From Bugula neritina (Eukaryota > Animalia > Bryozoa): a stretch of DNA of 64,000 nt. Under the pieces are notes generated by a model that worked only from the letters and a program-made list of their open reading frames with translations, had not been told where the DNA came from and ran no database searches. Made by a program: the position numbers and the translations under genes. The stretch lies in NCBI GenBank assembly GCA_964035545.1, contig CAXIUT010000183.1, positions 930,001 to 994,000 of the forward strand, given 5' to 3'. Positions 14,634 through 30,600 of the stretch are shown here, piece after piece (position 1 is the stretch's first letter; every line of letters begins with the position of its first letter).

Positions 14634-16828
14634 CACTGCAACACATTGAAATATACTGCTACATACCTAAATATACGGTAATATACTGAAATATACTGTA
14701 ACACATTGAAAAAACTGCAACATACTGAAATACACTGCAACGCACTGAAATACACCGTAAAATACTACAACATGCTGAAATACACTGTAACATCTTGAAA
14801 TCCACTGCAACACATTGAAATATACTGCAACATACCGAAATATATGGTAAACTAATGAAATATACTGTAACACATTGAAAAATACCGCAACATACTGAAA
14901 TATACTGCGACACATTGCAATATACTGTAACATATTGAAATATGCTGTAGCACACTGAAATACACTGCAACATCCTACAACATACTGAAATACACCTTAA
15001 CATATTGAAATACACTGCAAGAAATTGAAATAGACTGCAACATAACAAAATATATGGTAAACTACTGAAATAGACTTTAACACATTGAAAAATACTGCAA
15101 CATAGAGAAATATACTGTATCACACTGAAATATACTGCAACATACTGAAATACACTGTAACATTCTGAAATATACTGCAACATACTGAAATACACTGCTA
15201 CATACTGAAATATACTGCAACATACTGCAAAATACGCAACATACTGAAATACACTGTAACATATTGAAGTACACTGCAACACATTGAAATATACTGCAAC
15301 ATACCAAAATATATGGTAAACAACTGAAATGTACTTCAACACATTGAAAAATACTGCAACATACTGAAATATACTGCGACACTTTGCAATATACTGTAAC
15401 ATACCGAAATATGCTCTAGCACACTGAAATACACTGCAACTCACTGAAATATACTGCAACATACTGAAATACACTGTGACATCCTGAAATATACTGCAAC
15501 ATTCTGAAATACACTGCTACATACTGAAATATACTGCAACATACTGCAACATACTGAAATACACTGCAACATACTACAACATACTGAAATACGCTGCAAC
15601 ACATTGAAATATACTGCAACATACCTAAATATACGGAAATATACCGAAATATACTGTAACGCATTGCAAAATACTGCAACATACTGAAATACACTGCGAC
15701 ACACTGAAATACGCTGCAAAATACTACAACATACTGAAATAAACTGTAACATATTGAAATACACTGCAATACATTGAAAAATAATGCAATACACTGAAAT
15801 ATACTGTAACACACTGAAATATACTGCAACATACTGAAATACACTGTAACATACTGAAATATACTGCAACGCACTGAAATACACTGCTACATACTGAAAT
15901 ATGCTGCAACATACTGCAACATACTGAAATACACTGTAACATACTGAAATAAACTGCAACATACTACAACATATGGAAATACACTGCAACACATTGAAAT
16001 ATACTGCAACATACCTAAATATACGGTAATATACTGAAATTTACTGTAACGCATTGCAAAATACTGCAACATACTGAAATATATTGCGACACATTGCAAT
16101 ATACTGTAACATACTGAAAAATGCTGTAGCACACTGAAATATACTGCAATTCACTGAAATATACTGCAACATACTGAAATATACTGCAACATACCTAAAT
16201 ATACGGTAATATACTGAAATATACTGTAACACACCGAAAAATACTGCAACATACTGAAATACACTGTAACATACTGAAATGTACTGCAACATACTGAAAT
16301 ACACTGCTACATACTGCAACATACTGCAACATACTGCAACATACTGAAATACACTGTAACATACTGAAATAAACTGTAACATGTTGAAATACACTGCAAC
16401 ACATTGAAAAATACTGCAACATACTGAAATATACTGTAACACACTGAAATATACTGCAACATACTGAAATACACTGTAACATACTGAAATATACTGCAAC
16501 ATACTGAAATACACTGCTACATACTGAAATATAATGCAACATACTGCAACATACTGCAATACACTGTAAAATACTGAAATACACTGCAACATACTACAAC
16601 ATATTGAAATACACTGCAACACATTGAAATACACTGCAACTTACCGAATATATGGTAAACTACTGAAATATACTGTAACGCATTGAAAAATACTGCAACA
16701 TACTGAAATATATTGCGACACATTGCAATAAACTGTAACATCCTGAAAAATGCTGTAGCACACTGAAATACACTGCCATTCACTGAAATATACTGCAACA
16801 TACTGAAATACACCGCAACATCCTACAA

Positions 16829-18522
16829 CATACTGAAATACACTGTAACATATTGAAATACACTGCAACACATTGAAATATACTGCAACATAACGAAATA
16901 TATGGTAAACTACTGAAATATATTTTAACACATCGAAAAATACTAAACATACTGAAATATATTTTAACACATTGAAAAATACTGCAACATACTGAAATAT
17001 ACTGTAACACACTGAAGTACACTGCAACTCACTGAAATATACTGCAATATACTGAAATACACTGCAACATCCTACAAAATGCTGAAATACACTGTAACAT
17101 ATTGAAATACACTGCAACACATTGAAATATACTGCAACATACCGAAATATATCGTAAACAAATGAAATATACTGTAACACATTGAAAAAAACTGCAACAT
17201 ACTGAAATATACTGCGACACCTAGCAATATACTGTAACATACAGAAATATGCTCTAGCACACTGAAATACAATGCAACTCACTGAAATATACTGCAACAT
17301 ACTGAAATACACTGCAACATCCTACAACATGCTGAAATACACTGTAACATATTGAAATACACTGCAACACTTTGAAATATACTGCAACATACCGAAATAT
17401 ATGGTAAACTACTGCAACACACTACAACATATTGAAATACACTGCAACACATTGAAATAAACTGCAACATACCTAAATATACGGTAATATACTGAAATAT
17501 ACTGTAACACACCGAAATATACTGCAACATACTGAAGTACACTGCAACTCACTGAAATATACTGCAATATACTGAAATACACTGCAACATCCTACAAAAC
17601 GCTGAAATACACTGTAACATATTGAAATACACTGCAACACATTGAAATATACTGCAACATACCGAATATATGGTAAACTACTGAAATATACTGTAACACA
17701 TTGAAAAAAACTGACAAACTGAAATATACTGCGACACCTAGCAATATACTGTAACATACTGAAATATGCTCTAGCACACTGAAATACAATGCAACTCACT
17801 GAAATATACTGCAACATACTGAAATACACTGTAACATATTGAAATACACTGCAACACATTGAAATATACTGCAACATAACGAAATATATGGTAAACTACT
17901 GAAATATATTTTAACACATCGAAAAATACTAAACATACTGAAATATATTTTAACACATTGAAAAATACTGCAACATACTGAAATATACTGTAACACACTG
18001 AAGTACACTGCAACTCACTGAAATATACTGCAATATACTGAAATACACTGCAACATCCTACAAAATGCTGAAATACACTGTAACATATTGAAATACACTG
18101 CAACACATTGAAATATACTGCAACATACCAAAATATATCGTAAACTACTGAAATATACTGTAACACATTGAAAAAAAGTGCAACATACTGAAATATACTG
18201 CGACACCTAGCAATATACTGTAACATACTGAAATATGCTCTAGCACACTGAAATACAATGCAACTCACTGAAATATACTGCAACATACTGAAATACACTG
18301 CAACATCCTACAACATGCTGAAATACACTGTAACATATTGAAATACACTGCAACACTTTGAAATATACTGCAACATACCGAAATATATGGTAAACTACTG
18401 CAACACACTACAACATATTGAAATACACTGCAACACATTGAAATATACTGCAACATACCTAAATATACGGTAATATACTGAAATATACTGTAACACACCG
18501 AAATATACTGCAACATACTGAA
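16829..18522. repeat. Direct block repeat, period 986 bp (~16829-17536 vs ~17815-18522); the pair recurs in HOR copies 1, 3 and 4
   Basis: ORF offsets of 986 (17029/18015, 17279/18265, 22607/23593, 44968/45954, 57502/58488); shared marker catcgaaaaatactaaacatac. Confidence 0.8.
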
Positions 18523-21500
18523 ATACACTGTAACATACTGAAATATACTGCAACATACTGAAATACACTGCTACATACTGAAATATACTGCAACATACTG
18601 AAATATACTGTAACACACTGAAGTACACTGCAACTCACTGAAATATACTGCAATATACTGAAATACACTGCAACATCCTACAAAATGCTGAAATACACTG
18701 TAACATATTGAAATACACTGCAACACATTGAAATATACTGCAACATACCGAAATATATGGTAAACTACTGAAATATACTGTAACACATTGAAAAAAACTG
18801 ACATACTGAAATATACTGCGACACCTAGCAATATACTGTAACATACTGAAATATGCTCTAGCACACTGAAATACAATGCAACTCACTGAAATATACTGCA
18901 ACATACTGAAATACACTGCAACATCCTACAACATGCTGAAATACACTGTAACATATTGAAATACACTGCAACACTTTGAAATATACTGCAACATACCGAA
19001 ATATATGGTAAACTACTGCAACACACTACAACATATTGAAATACACTGCAACACATTGAAATATACTGCAACATGCCTAAATATACGGTAATATAAAGAA
19101 ATATACTGTAACACACCGAAATATACTGCAACATACTGAAATACACTGTAACATACTGAAATATACTGCAACATACTGAAATACACTGCTACATACTGAA
19201 ATATACTGCAACATACTGCAACATACTGAAATACACTGTAACATAATGAAATAAACTGCAACATACTACATCATATTGAAATACACTGCAACACATTGAA
19301 ATATACTGCAACATACCTAAATATACGGTAATATACTGAAATATACTGTAACACATTGAAAAAACTGCAACATACTGAAATACACTGCAACACACTGAAA
19401 TACACCGCAAAATACTACAACATACTGAAATACACTGTAACATATTGAAATCCAGTGCAACACATTGAAATATACTGCAACATACCGAAATATATGGTAA
19501 ACTAATGAAATATACTGTAACACATTGAAAAATACCGCAACATACTGAAATATACTGCGACACATTGCAATATACTGTAACATACTGAAATATGCTGTAG
19601 CACGCTGAAATACACTGCAACATCCTACAACAAACTGAAATACACTGAAACATATTGAAATACACTGCAAGAAATTGAAATACACTGCAACACAACAAAA
19701 TATGGTAAACTACTGAAATAGACTTTAACACATTGAAAAATACTGCAACATACAGAAATATACTGTAACACACTGAAATATACTGCAACATACTGAAATA
19801 CACTATAACATACTGAAATATACTGCAACATACTGAAATACCCTGCTACATACTGAAATATACTGCAACATACTGCAACCTGCTGCAACATACTGAAATA
19901 CGCTGTAACATACTGAAATACACTGCAACATACTACAACATATTGAAATACACTGCAACACATTGAAATGTACTGCAACATACCGAAATATACGGTAATA
20001 TACTGAAATATACTGTAACACATTGAAAAATACTGCAACATACTGAAATACACTGCAACACAATGAAACACACCGCAAAAAACTACAACATACTGAAATA
20101 CACTGTAACATATTAAAACATACTGCAACATACTGCAACATACTGAAATACACTGTAACATATTGAAATACACTGCAACACATTGAAATATACTGCAACA
20201 TACCGAAATATATGGTAAACTAATGAAATATACTGTAACACATTGAAAAATACCGCAACATACTGAAATATACTGCGACACATTGCAATATACTGTAACA
20301 TACTGAAATATGCTGTAGCACACTGAAATACACTGCAACATCCTACAACATACTGGAATACACTGTAACATATTGAAATACACTGCAAAACATTGAAAGT
20401 TACTGCAACATAACAAAATATATGGTAAACTACTGAAATAGACTTTAACACATTGAAAAATACTGCAACATACTGAAATATACTGTAACACACTGAAGTA
20501 TACTGCAACATACTGAAATACACTGTAACATGCTGAAATATACTGCAACATACTGAAATACACTGCTACATACTGAAATATACTGCAACGTACTGCAACA
20601 TACTCCAGCATACTGAAATACACTGTAACATACTGAAATACACTGCAACATACTACCGCATATTGAAATACACTGCAACACATTGAAATGTACTGCAACA
20701 TACCGAAATATATGGTAAACTACTAAAATATACTGTAACATATTGAAAAATACTGCAACATACTGAAATATACTGCGACACCTAGCAATATACTGTAACA
20801 TACTGAAATATGCTCTAGCACACTGAAATACAATGCAACTTACTGAAATATACTGCAACATACTTAAGTACACTGCAACATCCTACAATATGCTGAAATA
20901 CACTGTAACATATTGAAATACACTGCAACACTTTGAAATATACTGCAACATACCGAAATATATGGTAAACTACTGCAACATACTACAACATATTGAAATA
21001 CACTGCAACACATTGAAGTATACTGCAACATACCTAAATATACGGTAATATACTGAAATATACTGTAACACATTGAAAAATACTGCAACATACTGAAATA
21101 TACTGTAACACACCGAAATATACTGCAACATACTGAAATACACTGTAACATACTGAAATATACTGTAACATACTGAAATACACTGCTACATACTGAAATA
21201 TGCTGCAACATACTGCAACATACTGAAATAAACTGCAACATACTACAACATATTGAAATACACTGCAACACATTGAAATATACTGCAACATACCTAAATA
21301 TACGGTAATATACTGAAATTCACTGTAACGCATTGCAAAATACTGCAACATACTGAAATTCACTGCGACAAACTGAAATACGCTGCAAAATACTACAACA
21401 TACTGAAATAAACTGTAACATATCGAAATACACTGCAACACATTGAAAAATACTGCAACATACTGAAATTTACTGTAACACACTGAAATATACTGCAACA

Positions 21501-21679
21501 TACTGAAATACACTGTAACATACTGAAATATACTGCAACATACTGAAATACACTGCTACATACTGAAATATACTGCAACATACTGCAACATACTGCAATA
21601 CACTGTAACATACTGAAATACACTGCAACATACTACAACATATTGAAATACACTGCAACACATTGAAATACACTGCAAC

Positions 21680-24600
21680 TTACCGAATATATGGTAAACT
21701 ACTGAAATATACTGTAACGCACTGAAAAATACTGCAACATACTGAAATATATTGCGACACATTGCAATATACTGTAACATACTGAAAAATGCTGTAGCAC
21801 ACTGAAATATACTGCAATTCGCTGAAATATACTGCAACATACTGAAATACACCGCAACATCCTACAACATACTGAAATACTTTGTAACATATTGAAATAC
21901 ACTGCAACACATTGAAATATACTGCAACATAACGAAATATATGGTAAACTAATGAAATATATTTTAACACATTGAAAAATACTGCAACATACTGAAATAT
22001 ATTTTAACACATTGAAAAATACTGCAACATACTGAAATACACTGCAACACATTGAAATATACTGCAACATACCGAAATATATGGTAAACTACTGAAATAT
22101 ACTGTAACACATTGAAAAATACTGCAACATACTGAAATACACTGTAACATACTGAAATAAACTGCAACATACTACAACATATTGAAATACACTGCAACAC
22201 ATTGAAATACACTGCAACTTACCGAATATATGGTAAACTACTGAAATATACTGTAACGCATTGAAAAATACTGCAACATACTGAAATATATTGCGACACA
22301 TTGCAATAAACTGTAACATCCTGAAAAATGCTGTAGCACACTGAAATACACTGCCATTCACTGAAATACACTGCAACATACTGAAATACACCGCAACATC
22401 CTACAACATACTGAAATACACTGTAACATATTGAAATACACTGCAACACATTGAAATATACTGCAACATAACGAAATATATGGTAAACTACTGAAATATA
22501 TTTTAACACATCGAAAAATACTAAACATACTGAAATATATTTTAACACATTGAAAAATACTGCAACATACTGAAATATACTGTAACACACTGAAGTACAC
22601 TGCAACTCACTGAAATATACTGCAATATACTGAAATACACTGCAACATCCTACAAAATGCTGAAATACACTGTAACATATTGAAATACACTGCAACACAT
22701 TGAAATATACTGCAACATACCGAAATATATCGTAAACTAATGAAATATACTGTAACACATTGAAAAAAACTGCAACATACTGAAATATACTGCGACACCT
22801 AGCAATATACTGTAACATACAGAAATATGCTCTAGCACACTGAAATACAATGCAACTCACTGAAATATACTGCAACATACTGAAATACACTGCAACATCC
22901 TACAACATGCTGAAATACACTGTAACATATTGAAATACACTGCAACACTTTGAAATATACTGCAACATACCGAAATATATGGTAAACTACTGCAACACAC
23001 TACAACATATTGAAATACACTGCAACACATTGAAATACACTGCAACATACCTAAATATACGGTAATATACTGAAATATACTGTAACACACCGAAATATAC
23101 TGCAACATACTGAAGTACACTGCAACTCACTGAAATATACTGCAATATACTGAAATACACTGCAACATCCTACAAAACGCTGAAATACACTGTAACATAT
23201 TGAAATACACTGCAACACATTGAAATATACTGCAACATACCGAATATATGGTAAACCACTGAAATATACTGTAACACATTGAAAAAAACTGACATACTGA
23301 AATATACTGCGACACCTAGCAATATACTGTAACATACTGAAATATGCTCTAGCACACTGAAATACAATGCAACTCACTGAAATATACTGCAACATACTGA
23401 AATACACTGTAACATATTGAAATACACTGCAACACATTGAAATATACTGCAACATAACGAAATATATGGTAAACCACTGAAATATATTTTAACACATCGA
23501 AAAATACTAAACATACTGAAATATATTTTAACACATTGAAAAATACTGCAACATACTGAAATATACTGTAACACACTGAAGTACACTGCAACTCACTGAA
23601 ATATACTGCAATATACTGAAATACACTGCAACATCCTACAAAATGCTGAAATACACTGTAACATATTGAAATACACTGCAACACATTGAAATATACTGCA
23701 ACATACCGAAATATATCGTAAACTACTGAAATATACTGTAACACATTGAAAAAAAGTGCAACATACTGAAATATACTGCGACACCTAGCAATATACTGTA
23801 ACATACTGAAATATGCTCTAGCACACTGAAATACAATGCAACTCACTGAAATATACTGCAACATACTGAAATACACTGCAACATCCTACAACATGCTGAA
23901 ATACACTGTAACATATTGAAATACACTGCAACACTTTGAAATATACTGCAACATACCGAAATATATGGTAAACTACTGCAACACACTACAACATATTGAA
24001 ATACACTGCAACACATTGAAATATACTGCAACATACCTAAATATACGGTAATATACTGAAATATACTGTAACACACCGAAATATACTGCAACATACTGAA
24101 ATACACTGTAACATACTGAAATATACTGCAACATACTGAAATACACTGCTACATACTGAAATATACTGCAACATACTGAAATATACTGTAACACACTGAA
24201 GTACACTGCAACTCACTGAAATATACTGCAATATACTGAAATACACTGCAACATCCTACAAAATGCTGAAATACACTGTAACATATTGAAATACACTGCA
24301 ACACATTGAAATATACTGCAACATACCGAAATATATGGTAAACTACTGAAATATACTGTAACACATTGAAAAAAACTGACATACTGAAATATACTGCGAC
24401 ACCTAGCAATATACTGTAACATACTGAAATATGCTCTAGCACACTGAAATACAATGCAACTCACTGAAATATACTACAACATACTGAAATACACTGCAAC
24501 ATCCTACAACATGCTGAAATACACTGTAACATATTGAAATACACTGCAACACTTTGAAATATACTGCAACATACCGAAATATATGGTAAACTACTGCAAC

Positions 24601-27600
24601 ACACTACAACATATTGAAATACACTGCAACACATTGAAATATACTGCAACATGCCTAAATATACGGTAATATAATGAAATATACTGTAACACACCGAAAT
24701 ATACTGCAACATACTGAAATACACTGTAACATACTGAAATATACTGCAACATACTGAAATACACTGCTACATACTGAAATATACTGCAACATACTGCAAC
24801 ATACTGAAATACACTGTAACATAATGAAATAAACTGCAACATACTACATCATATTGAAATACACTGCAACACATTGAAATATACTGCAACATACCTAAAT
24901 ATACGGTAATATACTGAAATATACTGTAACACATTGACAAAACTGCAACATACTGAAATACACTGCAACACACTGAAATACAACGCAAAATACTACAACA
25001 TACTGAAATACACTGTAACATATTGAAATCCAGTGCAACACATTGAAATATACTGCAACATACCGAAATATATGGTAAACTAATGAAATATACTGTAACA
25101 CATTGAAAAATACCGCAACATACTGAAATATACTGCGACACATTGAAATGTACTGTAACATACTGAAATATGCTGTAGCACACTGAAATACACTGCAACA
25201 TCCTACAACAAACTGAAATACACTGAAACATATTGAAATACACTGCAAGAAATTGAAATACACTGCAACACAACAAAATATGGTAAACTACTGAAATAGA
25301 CTTTAACACATTGAAAAATACTGCAACATACAGAAATATACTGTAACACACTGAAATATACTGCAACATACTGAAATACACTATAACATACTGAAATATA
25401 CTGCAACATACTGAAATACCCTGCTACATACTGAAATATACTGCAACATACTGCAACCTGCTGCAACATACTGAAATACGCTGTAACATACTGAAATACA
25501 CTGCAACATACTACAACATATTGAAATACACTGCAACACATTGAAATGTACTGCAACATACCGAAATATACGGTAATATACTGAAATATACTGTAACACA
25601 TTGAAAAATACTGCAACATACTAAAATACACTGCAACACACTGAAACACACCGCAAAAAACTACAACATACTGAAATACACTGTAACATATTAAAACATA
25701 CTGCAACATACTGCAACATACTGAAATACACTGTAACATATTGAAATACACTGCGACACATTGAAATATACTGCAACATACCGAAATATATGGTAAACTA
25801 ATGAAATATACTGTAACACATTGAAAAATACTGCAACATACTGAAATATACTGCGACACATTGCAATATATTGTAACATACTGAAATATGCTGTAGCACA
25901 CTGAAATACACTGCAACATCCTACAACATACTGGAATACACTGTAACATATTGAAATACACTGCAAAACATTGAAAGTTACTGCAACATAACAAAATATA
26001 TGGTAAACTACTGAAATAGACTTTAACACATTGAAAAATACTGCAACATACTGAAATATACTGTAACACACTGAAGTATACTGCAACATACTGAAATACA
26101 CTGTAACATACTGAAATATACTGCAACATACTGAAATACACTGCTACATACTGAAATATACTGCAACGTACTGCAACATACTCCAGCATACTGAAATACA
26201 CTGTAACATACTGAAATACACTGCAACATACTACCACATATTGAAATACACTGCAACACATTGAAATGTACTGCAACATACCGAAATATATGGTAAACTA
26301 CTAAAATATACTGTAACATATTGAAAATAAATGCAACATACTGAAATATACTGCGACACCTAGCAATATACTGTAACATACTGAAATATGCTCTAGCACA
26401 CTGAAATACAATGGAACTTACTGAAATATACTGCAACATACTTAAATACACTGCAACATCCTACAATATGCTGAAATACACTGTAACATATTGAAATACA
26501 CTGCAACACTTTGAAATATACTGCAACATACCGAAATATATCGTAAACTACTGCAACATACTACAACATATTGAAATACACTGCAACACATTGAAGTATA
26601 CTGCAACATACCTAAATATACGGTAATATACTGAAATATACTGTAACACATTGAAAAATACTGCAACATACTGAAATATACTGTAACACACCGAAATATA
26701 CTGCAACATACTGAAATACACTGTAACATACTGAAATACACTGTAACATACTGAAATACACTGCTACATACTGAAATATGCTGCAACATACTGCAACATA
26801 CTGAAATAAACTGCAACATACTACAACATATTGAAATACACTGCAACACATTGAAATATACTGCAACATACCTAAATATACGGTAATATACTGAAATTCA
26901 CTGTAACGCATTGCAAAATACTGCAACATACTGAAATATGCTCTAGCACACTGAAATACAATGCAACTCACTGAAATATACTGCAACATACTGAAATACA
27001 CTGCAACATCCTACAACATGCTGAAATACACTGTAACATATTGAAATACACTGCAACACTTTGAAATATACTGCAACATACCGAAATATATGGTAAACTA
27101 CTGCAACACACTACAACATATTGAAATACACTGCAACACATTGAAATATACTGCAACATGCCTAAATATACGGTAATATAATGAAATATACTGTAACACA
27201 CCGAAATATACTGCAACATACTGAAATATACTGTAACACATTGAAAAAACTGCAACATACTGAAATACACTGCTACATACTGAAATATACTGCAACATAC
27301 TGCAACATACTGAAATACACTGTAACATAATGAAATAAACTGCAACATACTACATCATATTGAAATACACTGCAACACATTGAAATATACTGCAACATAC
27401 CTAAATATACGGTAATATACTGAAATATACTGTAACACATTGAAAAAACTGCAACATACTGAAATACACTGCAACACACTGAAATACACCGCAAAATACT
27501 ACAACATACTGAAATACACTGTAACATATTGAAATCCAGTGCAACACATTGAAATATACTGCAACATACCGAAATATATGGTAAACTAATGAAATATACT

Positions 27601-30600
27601 GTAACACATTGAAAAATACCGCAACATACTGAAATATACTGCGACACATTGCAATATACTGTAACATACTGAAATATGCTGTAGCACACTGAAATACACT
27701 GCAACATCCTACAACAAACTGAAATACACTGAAACATATTGAAATACACTGCAAGAAATTGAAATACACTGCAACACAACAAAATATGGTAAACTACTGA
27801 AATAGACTTTACCACATTGAAAAATACTGCAACATACAGAAATATACTGTAACACACTGAAATATACTGCAACATACTGAAATACACTATAACATACTGA
27901 AATATACTGCAACATACTGAAATACCCTGCTACATACTGAAATATACTGCAACATACTGCAACCTGCTGCAACATACTGAAATACGCTGTAACATACTGA
28001 AATACACTGCAACATACTACAACATATTGAAATACACTGCAACACATTGAAATGTACTGCAACATACCGAAATATACGGTAATATACTGAAATATACTGT
28101 AACACATTGAAAAATACTGCAACATACTAAAATACACTGCAACACACTGAAACACACCGCAAAAAACTACAACATACTGAAATACACTGTAACATATTAA
28201 AACATACTGCAACATACTGCAACATACTGAAATACACTGTAACATATTGAAATACACTGCGACACATTGAAATATACTGCAACATACCGAAATATATGGT
28301 AAACTAATGAAATATACTGTAACACATTGAAAAATACCGCAACATACTGAAATATACTGCGACACATTGCAATATACTGTAACATACTGAAATATGCTGT
28401 AGCACACTGAAATACACTGCAACATCCTACAACATACTGGAATACACTGTAACATATTGAAATACACTGCAAAACATTGAAAGTTACTGCAACATAACAA
28501 AATATATGGTAAACTACTGAAATAGACTTTAACACATTGAAAAATACTGCAACATACTGAAATATACTGTAACACACTGAAGTATACTGCAACATACTGA
28601 AATACACTGTAACATACTGAAATATACTGCAACATACTGAAATACACTGCTACATACTGAAATATACTGCAACGTACTGCAACATACTCCAGCATACTGA
28701 AATACACTGTAACATACTGAAATACACTGCAACATACTACCACATATTGAAATACACTGCAACACATTGAAATGTACTGCAACATACCGAAATATATGGT
28801 AAACTACTAAAATATACTGTAACATATTGAAAAATACTGCAACATACTGAAATATACTGCGACACCTAGCAATATACTGTAACATACTGAAATATGCTCT
28901 AGCACACTGAAATACAATGCAACTTACTGAAATATACTGCAACATACTTAAATACACTGCAACATCCTACAATATGCTGAAATACACTGTAACATATTGA
29001 AATACACTGCAACACTTTGAAATATACTGCAACATATCGAAATATATGGTAAACTACTGCAACATACTACAACATATTGAAATACACTGCAACACATTGA
29101 AGTATACTGCAACATACCTAAATATACGGTAATATACTGAAATATACTGTAACACATTGAAAAATACTGCAACATACTGAAATATACTGTAACACACCGA
29201 AATATACTGCAACATACTGAAATACACTGTAACATACTGAAATATACTGTAACATACTGAAATACACTGCTACATACTGAAATATGCTGCAACATACTGC
29301 AACATACTGAAATAAACTGCAACATACTACAACATATTGAAATACACTGCAACACATTGAAATATACTGCAACATACCTAAATATACGGTAATATACTGA
29401 AATTCACTGTAACGCATTGCAAAATACTGCAACATACTGAAATTCACTGCGACACACTGAAATACGCTGCAAAATACTACAACATATTGAAATAAACTGT
29501 AACATATTGAAATACACTGCAACACATTGAAAAATACTGCAACATACTGAAATTTACTGTAACACACTGAAATATACTGCAACATACTGAAATACACTGT
29601 AACATACTGAAATATACCGCAACATACTGAAATACACTGCTACATACTGAAATATACTGCAACATACTGCAACATACTGCAATACACTGTAACATACTGA
29701 AATACACTGCAACATACTACAACATATTGAAATACACTGCAACACATTGAAATACACTGCAACTTACCGAATATATGGTAAACTACTGAAATATACTGTA
29801 ACGCATTGAAAAATACTGCAACATACTGAAATATATTGCGACACATTGCAATATACTGTAACATACTGAAAAATGCTGTAGCACACTGAAATATACTGCA
29901 ATTCACTGAAATATACTGCAACATACTGAAATACACCGCAACATCCTACAACATACTGAAATACTTTGTAACATATTGAAATACACTGCAACACATTGAA
30001 ATATACTGCAACATAACGAAATATATGGTAAACTAATGAAATATATTTTAACACATTGAAAAATACTGCAACATACTGAAATATATTTTAACACATTGAA
30101 AAATACTGCAACATACTGAAATACACTGCAACACATTGAAATATACTGCAACATACCGAAATATATGGTAAACTACTGAAATATACTGTAACACATTGAA
30201 AAATACTGCAACATACTGAAATACACTGTAACATACTGAAATAAACTGCAACATACTACAACATATTGAAATACACTGCAACAAATTGAAATATACTGCA
30301 ACATACCTAAATATACGGTAATATACTGAAATTCACTGTAACGCATTGCAAAATACTACAACATACTGAAATTCACTGCGACACACTGAAATACGCTGCA
30401 AAATACTACAACATACTGAAATAAACTGTAACATATTGAAATACACTGCAACACATTGAAATACACTGCAACATAACAAAATATATGGTAAACTACTGAA
30501 ATAGACTTTAACACATTGAAAAATACTGCAACATACTGAAATACACTGTAACATACTGAAATATACTGCAACATACTGAAATACACTGCTACATACTGAA

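Larger units (their letters stand above)
16583..30245. repeat. 5578-bp unit (~16583-22160) followed by a second copy (~22161-30245) expanded by an internal 2506-bp duplication
   Basis: ORF offsets are 5578 (16641/22219, 17771/23349, 19625/25203, 20864/26442) and then 8084 = 5578+2506 (21034/29118, 21556/29640, 21964/30048). Confidence 0.88.
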
